Shown: positions 10,187 to 20,898 of the stretch, piece by piece
Numbering within the stretch: position 1 is the stretch's first letter
Layout: every line of letters starts with the position of its first letter
Source: a virus
Lineage: Duplodnaviria > Caudoviricetes
Reading direction: 5' to 3' (one strand)
IMG/VR virus record: IMGVR_UViG_3300035663_000005
Location: 22,728-86,727 of that record
DNA: 64,000 bases
Position numbers and translations under genes: made by a program
Notes under the pieces: generated by a model
Database searches by the model: none
Told to the model about the DNA's origin: nothing
What the model saw: only the letters and a program-made list of their open reading frames with translations

Positions 10187-11219
10187 TGGTGTTTGCTCCT
10201 TCCTGGTCAGAGCCATACTTGAACTCTTTGGCTGCTGCTGTTTCCAAAGCCTTCATCACTTCTTCGGTGAAATACTTGGTTGGATTCTTCACAATCTGGC
10301 TTTCGAAGGCGGTTGTGCCGTTTGGCAATTCAATCTTGGTGGAAACCTTCTTGAACACTCCCTGCTTCAGAGCAAGGTCAACCAAACCGTAGTATCGGTC
10401 AAGTCCCTTATCAAAGGTTAGAAGAACATCAATCATCTTATTCTCTCGGGTAAGACGACCCTTGTAGAGTTTGCAATGAACAATATTGCCAACCACTTCG
10501 TCATCCACCTTGTGCTTCTTCTTGGAAAGATACACGATGGTTGAAGCCGCATACTTAAGTCCTGTGCCACCACCCATCTCCTTGGTTGGCACATACGCAC
10601 CCACTACCTCGTAGGTGTGATTGGTGACAATCATAGGAATGTTATGCAGACCCAACTTCAAGGTAAGCACACGGAACGCACCCTTGATAACCTGAGCGCG
10701 AGTCATGTCTCGCACTTCCTTGCCTTCCAAGGTATCGTTGGTTTCCTTAGAAGTGCTCAACATTCCGAGCGAGTCCAACACCACAAAGAACGGCTTACGC
10801 TTCTTCTCGTCCAACTTACCGTAGTTGTCGATGATTTGCAGCAACTGATGACGGAACTGCTCCACGGTTGCCACAGGGAATACGGCAACGCGATTCGGGT
10901 CAAGTCCGCGTGACTTAATCATATCGCTAGTTACAGCCTGTTCGGAGTCAAAGTAAAGAATCGCTCCTTCAGGATTATCGTTCAAGAACTGTGCGGCGAT
11001 ACCCAAAGCAAAATAAGTCTTGCCTGTGGCAGACTCGCCTGCGATACCTAGAATCTTGTTGTTGGCAATACCGCCAGTCAGAGAGCCTGACAGAAGAGCG
11101 TTGAAAGAATACGAGCCAGTATCCACAAAGCCCGTGATATCTCCTTCAACTCCATCTTCGGCTAGCGAAGCAAACTCATTACCTGATGCACGAATCATAC
11201 TCTTTAAAAAGTCACTCAT
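10155..11219 (-). CDS. uvsX: UvsX RecA-like recombinase
   Basis: [35 protein letters not shown]. Confidence 0.95.
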   Translation of the reverse strand: MSDFLKSMIRASGNEFASLAEDGVEGDITGFVDTGSYSFNALLSGSLTGGIANNKILGIAGESATGKTYFALGIAAQFLNDNPEGAILYFDSEQAVTSDMIKSRGLDPNRVAVFPVATVEQFRHQLLQIIDNYGKLDEKKRKPFFVVLDSLGMLSTSKETNDTLEGKEVRDMTRAQVIKGAFRVLTLKLGLHNIPMIVTNHTYEVVGAYVPTKEMGGGTGLKYAASTIVYLSKKKHKVDDEVVGNIVHCKLYKGRLTRENKMIDVLLTFDKGLDRYYGLVDLALKQGVFKKVSTKIELPNGTTAFESQIVKNPTKYFTEEVMKALETAAAKEFKYGSDQEGANTNETSETVEAE

Positions 11220-11409
11220 TGTGTATTCTCCATTGTGTTATTGTATCACACTTTTTGTTTCCAGTCAAGTCTTTTAAGAGCGTCCCTCACTCTTTTCCGT
11301 TTTTCTCGTAGTTCATGTTCATGGTATCGTTTATCTTTAATGTGTTCGGTTATTATGTGAAAAACCACTAATATTGTAAAACATAAACTAGTTATAAAAA
11401 TTATTCCAT

Positions 11410-13947
11410 TCATGTCCATGTGAACAAGCCTTCTAGACTGCTAACTTCTCGCATCTGCCACCCGATTACATTTAAGATTGCGTTCAGAGGTTCTTCGAAC
11501 GACTTCTCAAATTGAGTGTCATAGTCTATGTATTTCGCCTCTAGTCCAAACTCCTTGGGAATTCCGGCTGAAAAAGAAATAACCTTGTCACGAATCGGAT
11601 TGGGAACTCGCAGATAAACATACTTAATTTTCTCACCATCGCCAATTTTAGGATATCGCTTTCCTAAATCCTTTTCACGAAGCCAATGGTTATACAATAA
11701 GGCTCCCTTAACATGAAGCGGAGTAGACTTGCGATAGATGGTGGTGTCATCCCGATACTCTTTCAATCCGTTGCATCCACGCGGGAACGCAATTTCTTCC
11801 ACCGAACGAGCAAAGAAGTCAGTCTTAAACTCGGCAACATATTCTCGCAATTCAGATTCTTTGCCCACCATGATAATACCGATGGCTTTCTTTAAAGCAT
11901 CACGAACAATCTCAGGGGTGCTACTCTTCGCGGTTTCAAGACCCATGATTTTAGTTTCAGGCTTGCTCAAAAGAACATCATCTTCTCCCATCCAAATGCT
12001 CAACATGTAACGCTTCTTGGCTGTCCAAATGCCCTTGGAAGAAATGCCTTCTCGCTTCATTCTCATCTTTTGAGCGTAGGCGTTCTGTTGTTCTGCAAGA
12101 GCAGCGTATTGCTTATCAATGAACGGCTGCAACACCTCGTTGCAGAACTTGTTCAAGAACTTTGTAATCTTTTGTGGGTCAGTTTCGTTGGGCATCACTT
12201 GCTTTACAAGCGAGCCTAATCGCAGATATACGGAATCGGTATCTGATGCTATCACATAATCGACTCCTGTGGTCTTCAGGGTTTTATTCAAGAATCCATT
12301 CAAGCCGTTCTCAATCCAACGAATGGATACCTGTCCTGAGATGGTGATAGCCTCGGCAATCTCTTGGTCGTAATAGCGGAAGTATTGATTGCCGCAAGCA
12401 CCGAATGCCGAGTTCAATTGAATCTTACGAACCAACTGAAAGTTGTGGAACTTTGTAATGTCAAGTTTTAGTTGTGCTTCCTGTTCAGGTGTAGGATTCA
12501 CAAGTTTCTTTAAAGCGGCTTTGGCTTCCAACATCTTCTTCTTGAAAGCCTTGCGTTCCTCATACATGGTTTCCATAAGTTTCGGCAAGAATCCTTGTGT
12601 ATCCTTGCGAAACGCTACACAGTTTCCTGCTACACTAAGATTCTTGGCTCGCATGTTATCAAGATAATCTCTCGCGCCTGCGCTCGCACCCGCGCCCGCG
12701 AGGAAGTCGTTCACACTAAACTTGTTGCGAGTTCCTGCATTAGTCTTGGTTTCAGGAGACAGATTGTATTGCATGATAAGATGCGGATACAGCGAGTCCA
12801 AGTCAAAACTCACAACCCAATCGTGCGCTCCAACGATAGGGTCTTTCACATACGCACCTTCAAACTTATCTTCCTTGTCTTCCGCATTTCCCTTCATGGG
12901 AATCGCAATTCGCTTCTTGGTTAGGTGATGGTAGATGATGGCATCCCATGTGCGAACCTGCGAGAACACATCGTTCAGATTCACCTTGGCGGAATACGCA
13001 AGTGCTAGAGCAAGTTCCATCAGTTTAAGTTTGTTCTCAAGCATTCCTACAAGTAGAGTATCGTGGTGATTATACTCCATGAATCGTTGGAAATCATTCT
13101 TGTAGAATTCTGCTAGAGTCCCATCGTAGTGTTTCTTGCGCTCGCCCAACTCCACCCAAACAATATGGTCAAGTTTATAGGTTTCGCGGGTCACATAAGT
13201 GAACTTACGATACAGGTCAAAGTAGTCCAAGGTAGCAATACCTAGCAGGTCATACACCTCGTTCTTCTTGTTCATTACTTCCACTTCGCGGGAACGAATC
13301 TCTCGCCAAGGAGAAAGACGCATGGCTTCCTTCTCGTCAAACAGGCGAGTGATACGATTCACAAGATACGGAATATCAAAGAAGTTGACATTCCATCCTG
13401 TCACAATGTCTATATCCATTGCTTCCCACGCTGCAAGGAAGTCTCGCAACATGTGCTTCTCATCGTCGTATTGGAAACACTTGGCATCAGGAATGTTAAA
13501 CTCACCCAATCCAAACACCAACACCTTGTTTCCCACCTTCAGAGTGATGGCGTTCACTCGTTCGGTTGCAGTCTTGATGGACGGAAAGCCTCCCTCGCAT
13601 TCCGTCTCAATATCAATAAAAGCCACCTTTAGTTTAGACGGGTCGTATTCCACTTCATTCGGAAACGCTTCACCAATGTATTGATACAACCACTCCGTAT
13701 TTCCAAATATTTCAAAGCCTGCCACTCCCTTGTATTCGTTGATGAAATCCTTGGAATCGCGGATGGAACCAGGCTTGAAAGGCTCAACATACTTGCCGTC
13801 AAGAGTCTGCCACTCAGTCTTTTTACCCTTCGCAGGCACAAACAAAGTAGGCATGAACGGAACCTTTTCGGCTATCCGCTTGCCGTTCTCGTATCCACGA
13901 TAAAGGATATGAGAACCTCTAACAGCAACATGGGTGTAAAATTTCAC
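11410..13947 (-). CDS. gp43: Family B DNA polymerase (T4 gp43-like)
   Basis: DIET exo I, SFDLDSLYP, KIQLNSAFG, SDTDS, AKKRY; no intein or intron seen. Confidence 0.97.
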   Translation of the reverse strand: MKFYTHVAVRGSHILYRGYENGKRIAEKVPFMPTLFVPAKGKKTEWQTLDGKYVEPFKPGSIRDSKDFINEYKGVAGFEIFGNTEWLYQYIGEAFPNEVEYDPSKLKVAFIDIETECEGGFPSIKTATERVNAITLKVGNKVLVFGLGEFNIPDAKCFQYDDEKHMLRDFLAAWEAMDIDIVTGWNVNFFDIPYLVNRITRLFDEKEAMRLSPWREIRSREVEVMNKKNEVYDLLGIATLDYFDLYRKFTYVTRETYKLDHIVWVELGERKKHYDGTLAEFYKNDFQRFMEYNHHDTLLVGMLENKLKLMELALALAYSAKVNLNDVFSQVRTWDAIIYHHLTKKRIAIPMKGNAEDKEDKFEGAYVKDPIVGAHDWVVSFDLDSLYPHLIMQYNLSPETKTNAGTRNKFSVNDFLAGAGASAGARDYLDNMRAKNLSVAGNCVAFRKDTQGFLPKLMETMYEERKAFKKKMLEAKAALKKLVNPTPEQEAQLKLDITKFHNFQLVRKIQLNSAFGACGNQYFRYYDQEIAEAITISGQVSIRWIENGLNGFLNKTLKTTGVDYVIASDTDSVYLRLGSLVKQVMPNETDPQKITKFLNKFCNEVLQPFIDKQYAALAEQQNAYAQKMRMKREGISSKGIWTAKKRYMLSIWMGEDDVLLSKPETKIMGLETAKSSTPEIVRDALKKAIGIIMVGKESELREYVAEFKTDFFARSVEEIAFPRGCNGLKEYRDDTTIYRKSTPLHVKGALLYNHWLREKDLGKRYPKIGDGEKIKYVYLRVPNPIRDKVISFSAGIPKEFGLEAKYIDYDTQFEKSFEEPLNAILNVIGWQMREVSSLEGLFTWT

Positions 13948-14216
13948 TTGTCCTCTCGTTCAACCATTGAAATCCAATCCTGATGAATCAGATTGTTTCT
14001 GCCGTATCCTTGTCCACGAATCTTGGAAATATCCCACAGCACCTTGTCGCCAACCTTGACATCTTCGGTGAGTTTATCGCCAACAGAAATCACCGTGCTC
14101 CACACCAACTGCGAGTTAATCTTCTCGGTGTAGATGATACCTTCTGAGGTCTTCTTTTCACCACCACCAACAGTCTGCACTTCAATCCACTTACCAATCG
14201 GTCTCAACTTGTTCAT
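13944..14216 (-). CDS. groES: GroES-like co-chaperonin
   Basis: LRPIG, EKKTSEGII, VISVG, VKVGDKVL. Confidence 0.8.
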   Translation of the reverse strand: MNKLRPIGKWIEVQTVGGGEKKTSEGIIYTEKINSQLVWSTVISVGDKLTEDVKVGDKVLWDISKIRGQGYGRNNLIHQDWISMVEREDK

Positions 14217-15160
14217 GCTAAAAATCCTTGTAATGAGTTTGCCACTTCTTCACGAATTCGGTCTTCCGCAATCTTAACATACTCGGGGTTCAATTCGGTT
14301 CCCACATAGTTTCTACCATTGTTCAAAGCCACCACAGCGGTTGTGCCGCTGCCTGTGAACGGGTCAAATACCGTTCCACCAACAGGCGAACCTGCAAGAA
14401 CACATGGAGTAATTAGTTCCTTGGGATACACCGCAAAGTGTGCGCCCTTGTATCCCTTGGTGTTCACAGTCCACACGGAACGCTTGTTCTTCTTGCCGTC
14501 TGCGCCCCACAATCTCTCAGGCTCTAAAGCAGGGTCACGGGCTCCCTTATCTTCAGGTTGTGTGCGATTCTTGTTGCCAGGAGCATGCGGAGGACTAACA
14601 GCGGCTTCCTTGATGGCTTCATGGTCATAATAGTAGTGCGACTTCTTGGAGAGCATGAAAATGTATTCGTGAGCACGGGTGCATCGGTCGGTAACACTCT
14701 CAGGCATAGGATTAGGCTTGTGCCAAACAATATCTTGACGCAACCACCAACCATCGGCTTGCAAGGCAAACGCTACTCGCCACGGAATTCCAATCAGGTC
14801 TTTCGTCTTTAATCCCTTTTGGTCTTTACGATTGCCTGGCACAAAGTCGGTTGGCATACCACGCTGACCACCGATGGTTTGTGGTGGAGGAGCACAATTC
14901 TTTGCTGCCATGTAAGAATCGCCAAGATTCAACCAAAGTGTTCCGTCATCACGAAGAATACGACGCACCTCGCGGAACACCTCCACCATCTTCTGCACAT
15001 ACTCTTCTACAGTTTCTTCCTGACCGATTTCCTCATCTCCACCCTCGTAGGAACGCAAGCCGAAATACGGTGGGGAAGTTACGCAAGTGTGAATGCAGCC
15101 ATCGGGCAGCGTCTTCATGCCTGCTATACAATCACCAAGAATGATGCGATGTGTGTTCAT
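14213..15160 (-). CDS. Beta-class N4-cytosine/N6-adenine DNA methyltransferase
   Basis: TSPPY near N-terminus, HFAVYP, DPFTGSGTT near C-terminus; start refined to MNTHRII. Confidence 0.9.
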   Translation of the reverse strand: MNTHRIILGDCIAGMKTLPDGCIHTCVTSPPYFGLRSYEGGDEEIGQEETVEEYVQKMVEVFREVRRILRDDGTLWLNLGDSYMAAKNCAPPPQTIGGQRGMPTDFVPGNRKDQKGLKTKDLIGIPWRVAFALQADGWWLRQDIVWHKPNPMPESVTDRCTRAHEYIFMLSKKSHYYYDHEAIKEAAVSPPHAPGNKNRTQPEDKGARDPALEPERLWGADGKKNKRSVWTVNTKGYKGAHFAVYPKELITPCVLAGSPVGGTVFDPFTGSGTTAVVALNNGRNYVGTELNPEYVKIAEDRIREEVANSLQGFLA

Positions 15161-15558
15161 CCAATATCTCCATACTTGGTTCCACGCACAAAGAACTGCT
15201 CTTCGTGCCACTCAAAACCAAAGCATTCTCTAGCATAATTCAAAATGATATCCTTGTCAAACTTGTTGCAGGAATAAACATCAAGCGTAATGAATCGCTT
15301 TGGCTCCATTGAGTGAATCTGAATACCACTCTCAATGAGTGGAACCCAACCACTCACTCCTGCCTTGTCGGGATATAGTTCCGTGCCGTGATTGGTTGGA
15401 CCGTGCATTACTACAGGCTGACTCATGCGAGTCATACCAATCTTGTCTACAACTCGTTCAAGAAAGCGATAGTGCAACTCCAAGTCATCGGCTGCACCGA
15501 CGCGGCAATTATACATGTCCAAATAGTAAGAATATCCGAATGGTTTAATTTCACTCAT
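15157..15558 (-). CDS. speD: S-adenosylmethionine decarboxylase-like proenzyme
   Basis: LDMYNC, GVSG...LIESGIQIH (E-S pyruvoyl cleavage site), LDVYSC. Confidence 0.8.
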   Translation of the reverse strand: MSEIKPFGYSYYLDMYNCRVGAADDLELHYRFLERVVDKIGMTRMSQPVVMHGPTNHGTELYPDKAGVSGWVPLIESGIQIHSMEPKRFITLDVYSCNKFDKDIILNYARECFGFEWHEEQFFVRGTKYGDIG

Positions 15559-16505
15559 TATTTGCCTCGTTGCTTTGGATACGGCTTCGGAGGATTACGC
15601 TCCTCAAACTCTCGCCGCAGTTTCTTGGTTTCTGCTTTAGTTCTGCCCAACACAAACGCATACTTATGTTTGCTAGGCATTTCCACTTTGGTGGATGTCT
15701 TCTGCTTTTCCTTGGAGTGTTCTCGCAACCGCTGCTCAATCTCATCAGGGATATTTTCCCAAAGTATCTTTTGGTCGTTGTTCCAATCCTTTTCCCAAGG
15801 AATACCCAACTCTTTCGCATACTTCTTGTATGCACTACGCACACGAAAGAATCGGTCACTTACTACTTTGCCGGTATACGGATTGATATACCTAGTCGTG
15901 GTTCCTGAATCTTGACCAAGGTAGTAGAAATTACAAGCCTGATAGATGGTTCCCAATTCTTTTGCGGTTGGGTCAGAGTAAGCAGTGAACAAACGATACT
16001 GCGTGTTCTTTACCATCCAATTGATGCACCACATCAGAAACGAACTAGCCAAACACTTTGGACTCCATGATACGCAAGCACCACGGCTAACCAATCGTTC
16101 AATTTCTTTGGTATTTTCACCAAGTAGTTTAGAGAAAGCGTTCGGCAAGTTCATCAGGATAACTCCCGCCATGATATCCTTGCCTATCAATCCTTGATTC
16201 GGAGCATGATAATACGCACCAAACCAATGCGTGGTGTATTGCGAAAGATTACCAAGCCATTCGTGACGCTTGATGAATTCTGTGGCTTCTCGCTTCTCGG
16301 CTTCCGTTGTAAGCGGCTTGAAAATGAAATCGGAAACTCGCAGTTCGGCTGCTTGTTCTTGAGACAGGTCGGCTTCCGCCAAATCTTGCTGAAGATTGTT
16401 TAAGCGTATATCATACTGCCAACAATGTTCTTTGTCGTAAGATTTAGTTCGCTCAATAATGTCTACCGATTCACTTTTGCTTTTCGAGTTCACTCTTAAC
16501 CTCAA
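15558..16505 (-). CDS. Mom-family DNA modification protein
   Basis: FIKRHEWLG, AYSDP...ELGTIYQACNFYYLG, KHKY: Mom-like GNAT signature. Confidence 0.75.
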   Translation of the reverse strand: MRLRVNSKSKSESVDIIERTKSYDKEHCWQYDIRLNNLQQDLAEADLSQEQAAELRVSDFIFKPLTTEAEKREATEFIKRHEWLGNLSQYTTHWFGAYYHAPNQGLIGKDIMAGVILMNLPNAFSKLLGENTKEIERLVSRGACVSWSPKCLASSFLMWCINWMVKNTQYRLFTAYSDPTAKELGTIYQACNFYYLGQDSGTTTRYINPYTGKVVSDRFFRVRSAYKKYAKELGIPWEKDWNNDQKILWENIPDEIEQRLREHSKEKQKTSTKVEMPSKHKYAFVLGRTKAETKKLRREFEERNPPKPYPKQRGK

Positions 16506-16578
16506 TAAGTATCAATAGAATTGTTGTTACTCACAACAACCCTACATTTTTTTTACTTGACAAATAGAATCAAAAAAC

Positions 16579-17064
16579 TTATGAGTTTCTTGTGGTGTCT
16601 TTCCACGGAGAGGAAATGTAATAGGTTTGAAGAGGTCTTGCGGACTCATCTTGCTTGATTGTGTTTTTGCAGCAGCCATTGCCGTTGGTGTGAACAACAT
16701 CAGAAGGCTTAACATCAGCAATGAACAGGGGAGCAGACTGAGCAGATTGGGCTTTCTTGTCATGTAGGTAACTATACATCAAAACTGCGTAGTTGACAAT
16801 ATCAATTATGGTATCTTCGAAAGATTCATTTTCAACAGCCAATTTTCCAGATTCAACAAAAGATGAAAGACGACTCATCTTATCGGTCATGCGAACCAAG
16901 AATCCTTGTTCTGTGCTGCAAATCCCCATTGCTTCTACTCGGGTGAAATTTGCAAATGGTTCATTGCCTCCGTTTCCTGCGTAGTCTGCATTCTTTTTAC
17001 GCATAAGACTACGACCCTTATCACAAATTGTTTCATGTATTTTTAATAATTCATCGCGTGTCAT
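16579..17064 (-). CDS. Nucleotide modification associated domain 1 (DUF1599, alpha-helical NTP-PPase fold)
   Basis: KNADY..PFANF..RMTDKMSRL..ESFEDT..D..NYA. Confidence 0.8.
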   Translation of the reverse strand: MTRDELLKIHETICDKGRSLMRKKNADYAGNGGNEPFANFTRVEAMGICSTEQGFLVRMTDKMSRLSSFVESGKLAVENESFEDTIIDIVNYAVLMYSYLHDKKAQSAQSAPLFIADVKPSDVVHTNGNGCCKNTIKQDESARPLQTYYISSPWKDTTRNS

Positions 17065-17065
17065 T

Positions 17066-17602
17066 TTAAGAAACTCCAGTAGAGCCGAATCCACCTGTTC
17101 GGCTAGTCTTGGGCTGAACTCGCTCATCGGTGGACTGTAGCGAGTATTTCAAAACAGGAATCATTTCCCCCTGACAAATTCGGTCGCCGTGTGTTACTCG
17201 AATAGGAATATTTGAAAGATTAATAACAGGAATCATTAACTGATCTGTGTAATCAGAATCAATAACACCTTCAGAATTTGCTAAAATTAATCCTCCTTTT
17301 ATTGCTAGCCCACTTCTAGCATGAAGACGAACAGAATATCCTTCAGGTATATCTAAAACAATACCTGTTGGAATTAAAACTCTAACTCCATCTGGAGGAA
17401 CAAGTAAAAACGCTGGAGCATCTGCTCTCTCAAATGCTGCCAACAATTTATAATTTGCATTGTTTTTATCATAAGCATCAACAATTCTTGTTTTACTACC
17501 AAAGTATGCTTTAATATCAAAACAAGCAGATTGTTCTGTTGCAAATGAAAGGTCGAAAGAATCGGACCACAACTTATTGTATTTTAATATCAATTTATTC
17601 AT
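17066..17602 (-). CDS. dut: dUTPase
   Basis: SACFD, RSGLA, GVIDSDY, DRICQ, RTGGFGSTG. Confidence 0.93.
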   Translation of the reverse strand: MNKLILKYNKLWSDSFDLSFATEQSACFDIKAYFGSKTRIVDAYDKNNANYKLLAAFERADAPAFLLVPPDGVRVLIPTGIVLDIPEGYSVRLHARSGLAIKGGLILANSEGVIDSDYTDQLMIPVINLSNIPIRVTHGDRICQGEMIPVLKYSLQSTDERVQPKTSRTGGFGSTGVS

Positions 17603-17638
17603 AATATAATCCAAATTACTAGCAAAAATATTTATCAA

Positions 17639-18073
17639 TCATTCTTCTGAATCGGGGTCATACACTTCATAGTTTGTTCTTTTTCTTCCTATGTTATATT
17701 TGGGTATTAATTCCCAATTTTTCTTTTCGCCAAATGGTAAAATTTTTAAATAAGAAATTGGAACTGTTGGTTCTTTACTTTTAGAAGAAACTTTCAATTT
17801 TAAAAGACCCCAATCTTGCAATAAGTTACATATAGTGTTTCTTCTTGCAACATCTGTTTCTGGAAAATCTGTTGGAAGCCCATCCAACATAAAAAGTTCT
17901 TTAAAATGCACAATATAATACTTGCCTCTTTTATGAAGAATGTGGCAAGATTGATATAATTTATTTTCTGTTTTAGAAGATATACCAATTCTAGTTAAAG
18001 TTTCTTTTATTTTAAGAAAATTTTCTGGATTGGGTAATTCTACTTCTATAAATGAGTCAATCAATTTGTCCAT
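17639..18073 (-). CDS. regA: RegA translational repressor
   Basis: FLKIKETLTRIGISS..LYQSCHILHKRGKYYIVHFKELF. Confidence 0.95.
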   Translation of the reverse strand: MDKLIDSFIEVELPNPENFLKIKETLTRIGISSKTENKLYQSCHILHKRGKYYIVHFKELFMLDGLPTDFPETDVARRNTICNLLQDWGLLKLKVSSKSKEPTVPISYLKILPFGEKKNWELIPKYNIGRKRTNYEVYDPDSEE

Positions 18074-18111
18074 AACAATACTCCTTACCATTTAAGAGTA
18101 TTTAGATTTTT

Positions 18112-18495
18112 TTATTTTCTGCCACCTGTATTTGTTTTCGCAATCAATTCATCTTTGTCGTTTTCAGACATCATAGACAGATACTCTCTAGCCTTAACGC
18201 GACTAACTTTATAATAATCTGATACTAACTTTTCTATAATTTCGTCTCGTTCTGATTTCTCCCACTTTGAAAACCTTTTTTTCTTCTTGATAGTATAATA
18301 CAAATAATCATATTGCATTTTTTTGTCTAAATGATTCATGCAATTCATAATGTTTGCTGGCATAACACATTCAGCAAAATTGGAAAATGTTCGATTAACA
18401 ATAAATGGAAGATAAGCCCTTTCACATTCAGGATCTCTGTCCATAAGATTTTCGGTTTTTTCGTTTATACTTTTAACAAAATCAAAAGGATTCAC
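18112..18495 (-). CDS. gp62: Clamp loader small subunit
   Basis: NPFDFVKSIN, Y.PFIVNR, MQYDY, KRFSKW, TGG. Confidence 0.93.
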   Translation of the reverse strand: MNPFDFVKSINEKTENLMDRDPECERAYLPFIVNRTFSNFAECVMPANIMNCMNHLDKKMQYDYLYYTIKKKKRFSKWEKSERDEIIEKLVSDYYKVSRVKAREYLSMMSENDKDELIAKTNTGGRK

Positions 18496-19199
18496 TTTAC
18501 AGTCTCAATGATACTAATTAAATCGTCTTCACAATCCAATTTTACAATCAATCTAATTGGTATATAAATCCAATCTTTCTTTTTAACATCATAATATGAT
18601 CTTAAAAGGAAAGAATCATATGCATTTATACCATGATATCTGTCAATTAGTGGGGCTTCAACATATTCCTTTGTAACTGAGGAAATTTTATTTTTTATTT
18701 TCGTAACTATTTTACTTCCATTTAAATCTTCATAAGTTATATCCAAGTGTTTTGGTGATATTTTTACTAAAACTTTGTCAATAAAATCGCCAAGTACAAC
18801 ATCTGCTGCGCCACTAATATCAAAAATATTTTGCATTCCATCTTTATTTTTATGATTTCCTATGGCTTTAGTAGAAAAATAGTTTTTTCTATCTTTAAGA
18901 AACATTTCTCTCAAACTATTACATTCATCAAGATATTCATTGTAGTTGTATTTTTCTGTTATATTTTCTGTCGATGATACAATTTTTTCAATCATTTCAT
19001 CGGACAGTTTAGAAGATAAATCTACTATTTTTTGAAATGGGTTTACACTATTTGTTTCTTTTAGTTCGTTAATGACATTTAAACTAACATCACCTAGTGT
19101 TTTTTTATAAACTTCAATAAAATCTTCAATCTTATACTTCTTGTTCACTTCGTGAAGTGCGATTGTTAAATCGTTTAGGCTTTTTATTTTGTGATTCAT
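18492..19199 (-). CDS. AT-rich hypothetical protein between gp44 and gp62
   Basis: 235-aa ORF coupled to gp62. Confidence 0.6.
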   Translation of the reverse strand: MNHKIKSLNDLTIALHEVNKKYKIEDFIEVYKKTLGDVSLNVINELKETNSVNPFQKIVDLSSKLSDEMIEKIVSSTENITEKYNYNEYLDECNSLREMFLKDRKNYFSTKAIGNHKNKDGMQNIFDISGAADVVLGDFIDKVLVKISPKHLDITYEDLNGSKIVTKIKNKISSVTKEYVEAPLIDRYHGINAYDSFLLRSYYDVKKKDWIYIPIRLIVKLDCEDDLISIIETVK

Positions 19200-19205
19200 A
19201 TACCT

Positions 19206-20138
19206 TTATTTATCGAAAGAACAATCTGAAGCGAGCATCAAACAACAAGCAACCATGTTCAATTCTTGGTCTGCAACAAACGCAGCCTTGTATTGATACT
19301 CGCTCAGGATAAGAATTGCTTGCGGTATAGATCCCAAATTCATCTTGTCTTGAAGTCCGTCATAAATACGCCGGAAGATCATTGCAGGTTCGGTGTCCGA
19401 GTGTTCCGCAACCCATTTGCGAATATCAGCAAACGACTTGCTCTTCATCGCCTTCACCAAATGGTCGATATCAATATCTTTGCCAGTAGCAAGAGCACTA
19501 GAATTCACCGCTCCTGCAACAGAGTGTCTCTGAATAGTATTCAGTATTCTACGAAAGTCGGGGAAGTAACGAATGATGAGTTCAGCAATCGCTTTCTCTT
19601 CATATTCGATGCCTTCCGCTTCCATGATTCTCTTGGCTCGCTCAAGGAATTCTCCAGCGAGTTGCGGCTTCTCTTTCGCAGGAATCTTGAAGTCAACAAC
19701 CGTGCAACGAGAGTGTAGTGGCTCAATGATACGAGCCTTGTAGTTGCAAGTCATAATGAATCGACAGTTCACAGCAAACTCTTCAATAGCACCACGAAGA
19801 GCAGGCTGTGTAGACTGTGGATTCAGATAGTCGGCTTCGTCAAGTATGATGACTTTCTTGCCACCATTCAAAGAAACGGTTGAGGCGAAGTTTCGAATCT
19901 TGGTGCGTAGTGTATCAATGCCACCCTCCTCGCTCGCATTGATAAACATGTAGTCCACCCCAAGTTCCGAACACATCGCACGGGCTATGGTTGTTTTACC
20001 ACAGCCTGCGGTTCCCGACAGTATCATGTTCGGGATTTCGCCTGACTGCACTACACCTTCGAAGGTGGACTTAATCGCCTTCGGAAGAACGCAGTCTGCA
20101 ACCGTCTTCGGTCGATATTTTTCAACCAACGGCAGCAT
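19206..20138 (-). CDS. gp44: Clamp loader large subunit
   Basis: VEKYRP, GTAGCGKTT, LDEAD, QPALR, SRC, FPDFRR. Confidence 0.95.
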   Translation of the reverse strand: MLPLVEKYRPKTVADCVLPKAIKSTFEGVVQSGEIPNMILSGTAGCGKTTIARAMCSELGVDYMFINASEEGGIDTLRTKIRNFASTVSLNGGKKVIILDEADYLNPQSTQPALRGAIEEFAVNCRFIMTCNYKARIIEPLHSRCTVVDFKIPAKEKPQLAGEFLERAKRIMEAEGIEYEEKAIAELIIRYFPDFRRILNTIQRHSVAGAVNSSALATGKDIDIDHLVKAMKSKSFADIRKWVAEHSDTEPAMIFRRIYDGLQDKMNLGSIPQAILILSEYQYKAAFVADQELNMVACCLMLASDCSFDK

Positions 20139-20847
20139 TGGACTTCTTCTTGCTCTTGGTGAACTTGCTGTCAGTCTCCAAAGAAATCCAATAGGTCAAC
20201 GCCTGATTCTTGGTTTCAAACTGAGCCACCTTCTTGTCGGACACCTTAACTTCGTAAGTGCCAGGAATCATTTTTAGATTCTCCGACTTGAACATGAACT
20301 CAAAAGAATCATCACCATCATACTCGCCAACATCAATTGAATAGGTGTGTCCTGTGCTGTCCTTGCGGTCAAACACATTCAAAGTTAGACGGTCACCAGA
20401 GTTGCGAAGAGCAAGGTCAGGAGCAGCAAGAACTGCTGCGGCTTTCTGTAACTCGTTGAAATCCTTGGAATCCAAAGTGAAATCCACAACAGATTCTGGC
20501 ATGTTGAAACTCTTGCCGCTCTTGATGATTTGCAGAATCTGCGGGTCAAGCATTTCAAGGTTTGAATAGTAGTAGCGAACCTTGGCTCGACTGCCTTCCG
20601 ACTTAATTACCACATGGTTGTTTTCAAATTCGAAGTGTGGTTCCTTGAACATGCTTACGGTTGCAAGGAACTTGCTTAAATCCCAAACACCGAACTCTAT
20701 CGGGAAGTCCTCCTGAACTTCCGCCTCAACCATAATGTTCTTGGTTGGGCTGATAGTCTTCAAGATGTTGCCTGGCATCACAATTAGGTTGCTGTTGATA
20801 GTGCTGAAATTCTTCAGAACTGCCAGCGTGTCGTGCGAAATCTTCAT
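20122..20847 (-). CDS. gp45: Sliding clamp
   Basis: MKIS..TL..LKNFSTIN, NLKMIPGTY, YWISLE. Confidence 0.93.
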   Translation of the reverse strand: MKISHDTLAVLKNFSTINSNLIVMPGNILKTISPTKNIMVEAEVQEDFPIEFGVWDLSKFLATVSMFKEPHFEFENNHVVIKSEGSRAKVRYYYSNLEMLDPQILQIIKSGKSFNMPESVVDFTLDSKDFNELQKAAAVLAAPDLALRNSGDRLTLNVFDRKDSTGHTYSIDVGEYDGDDSFEFMFKSENLKMIPGTYEVKVSDKKVAQFETKNQALTYWISLETDSKFTKSKKKSNAAVG

Positions 20848-20898
20848 AGTGTAATCTCCTTCAAAGGTTGTGGTATACTACCACGAACTCAGGAGAAG

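Noticed and set aside
11410-13947. Intein or intron in DNA polymerase or uvsX
   Set aside because: Lengths and motif spacing are normal
15551-15859. Alternative-frame ORFs overlapping the Mom-like and Nmad1 genes (also 16542..16763)
   Set aside because: No motifs or RBS; fully explained by the main frames
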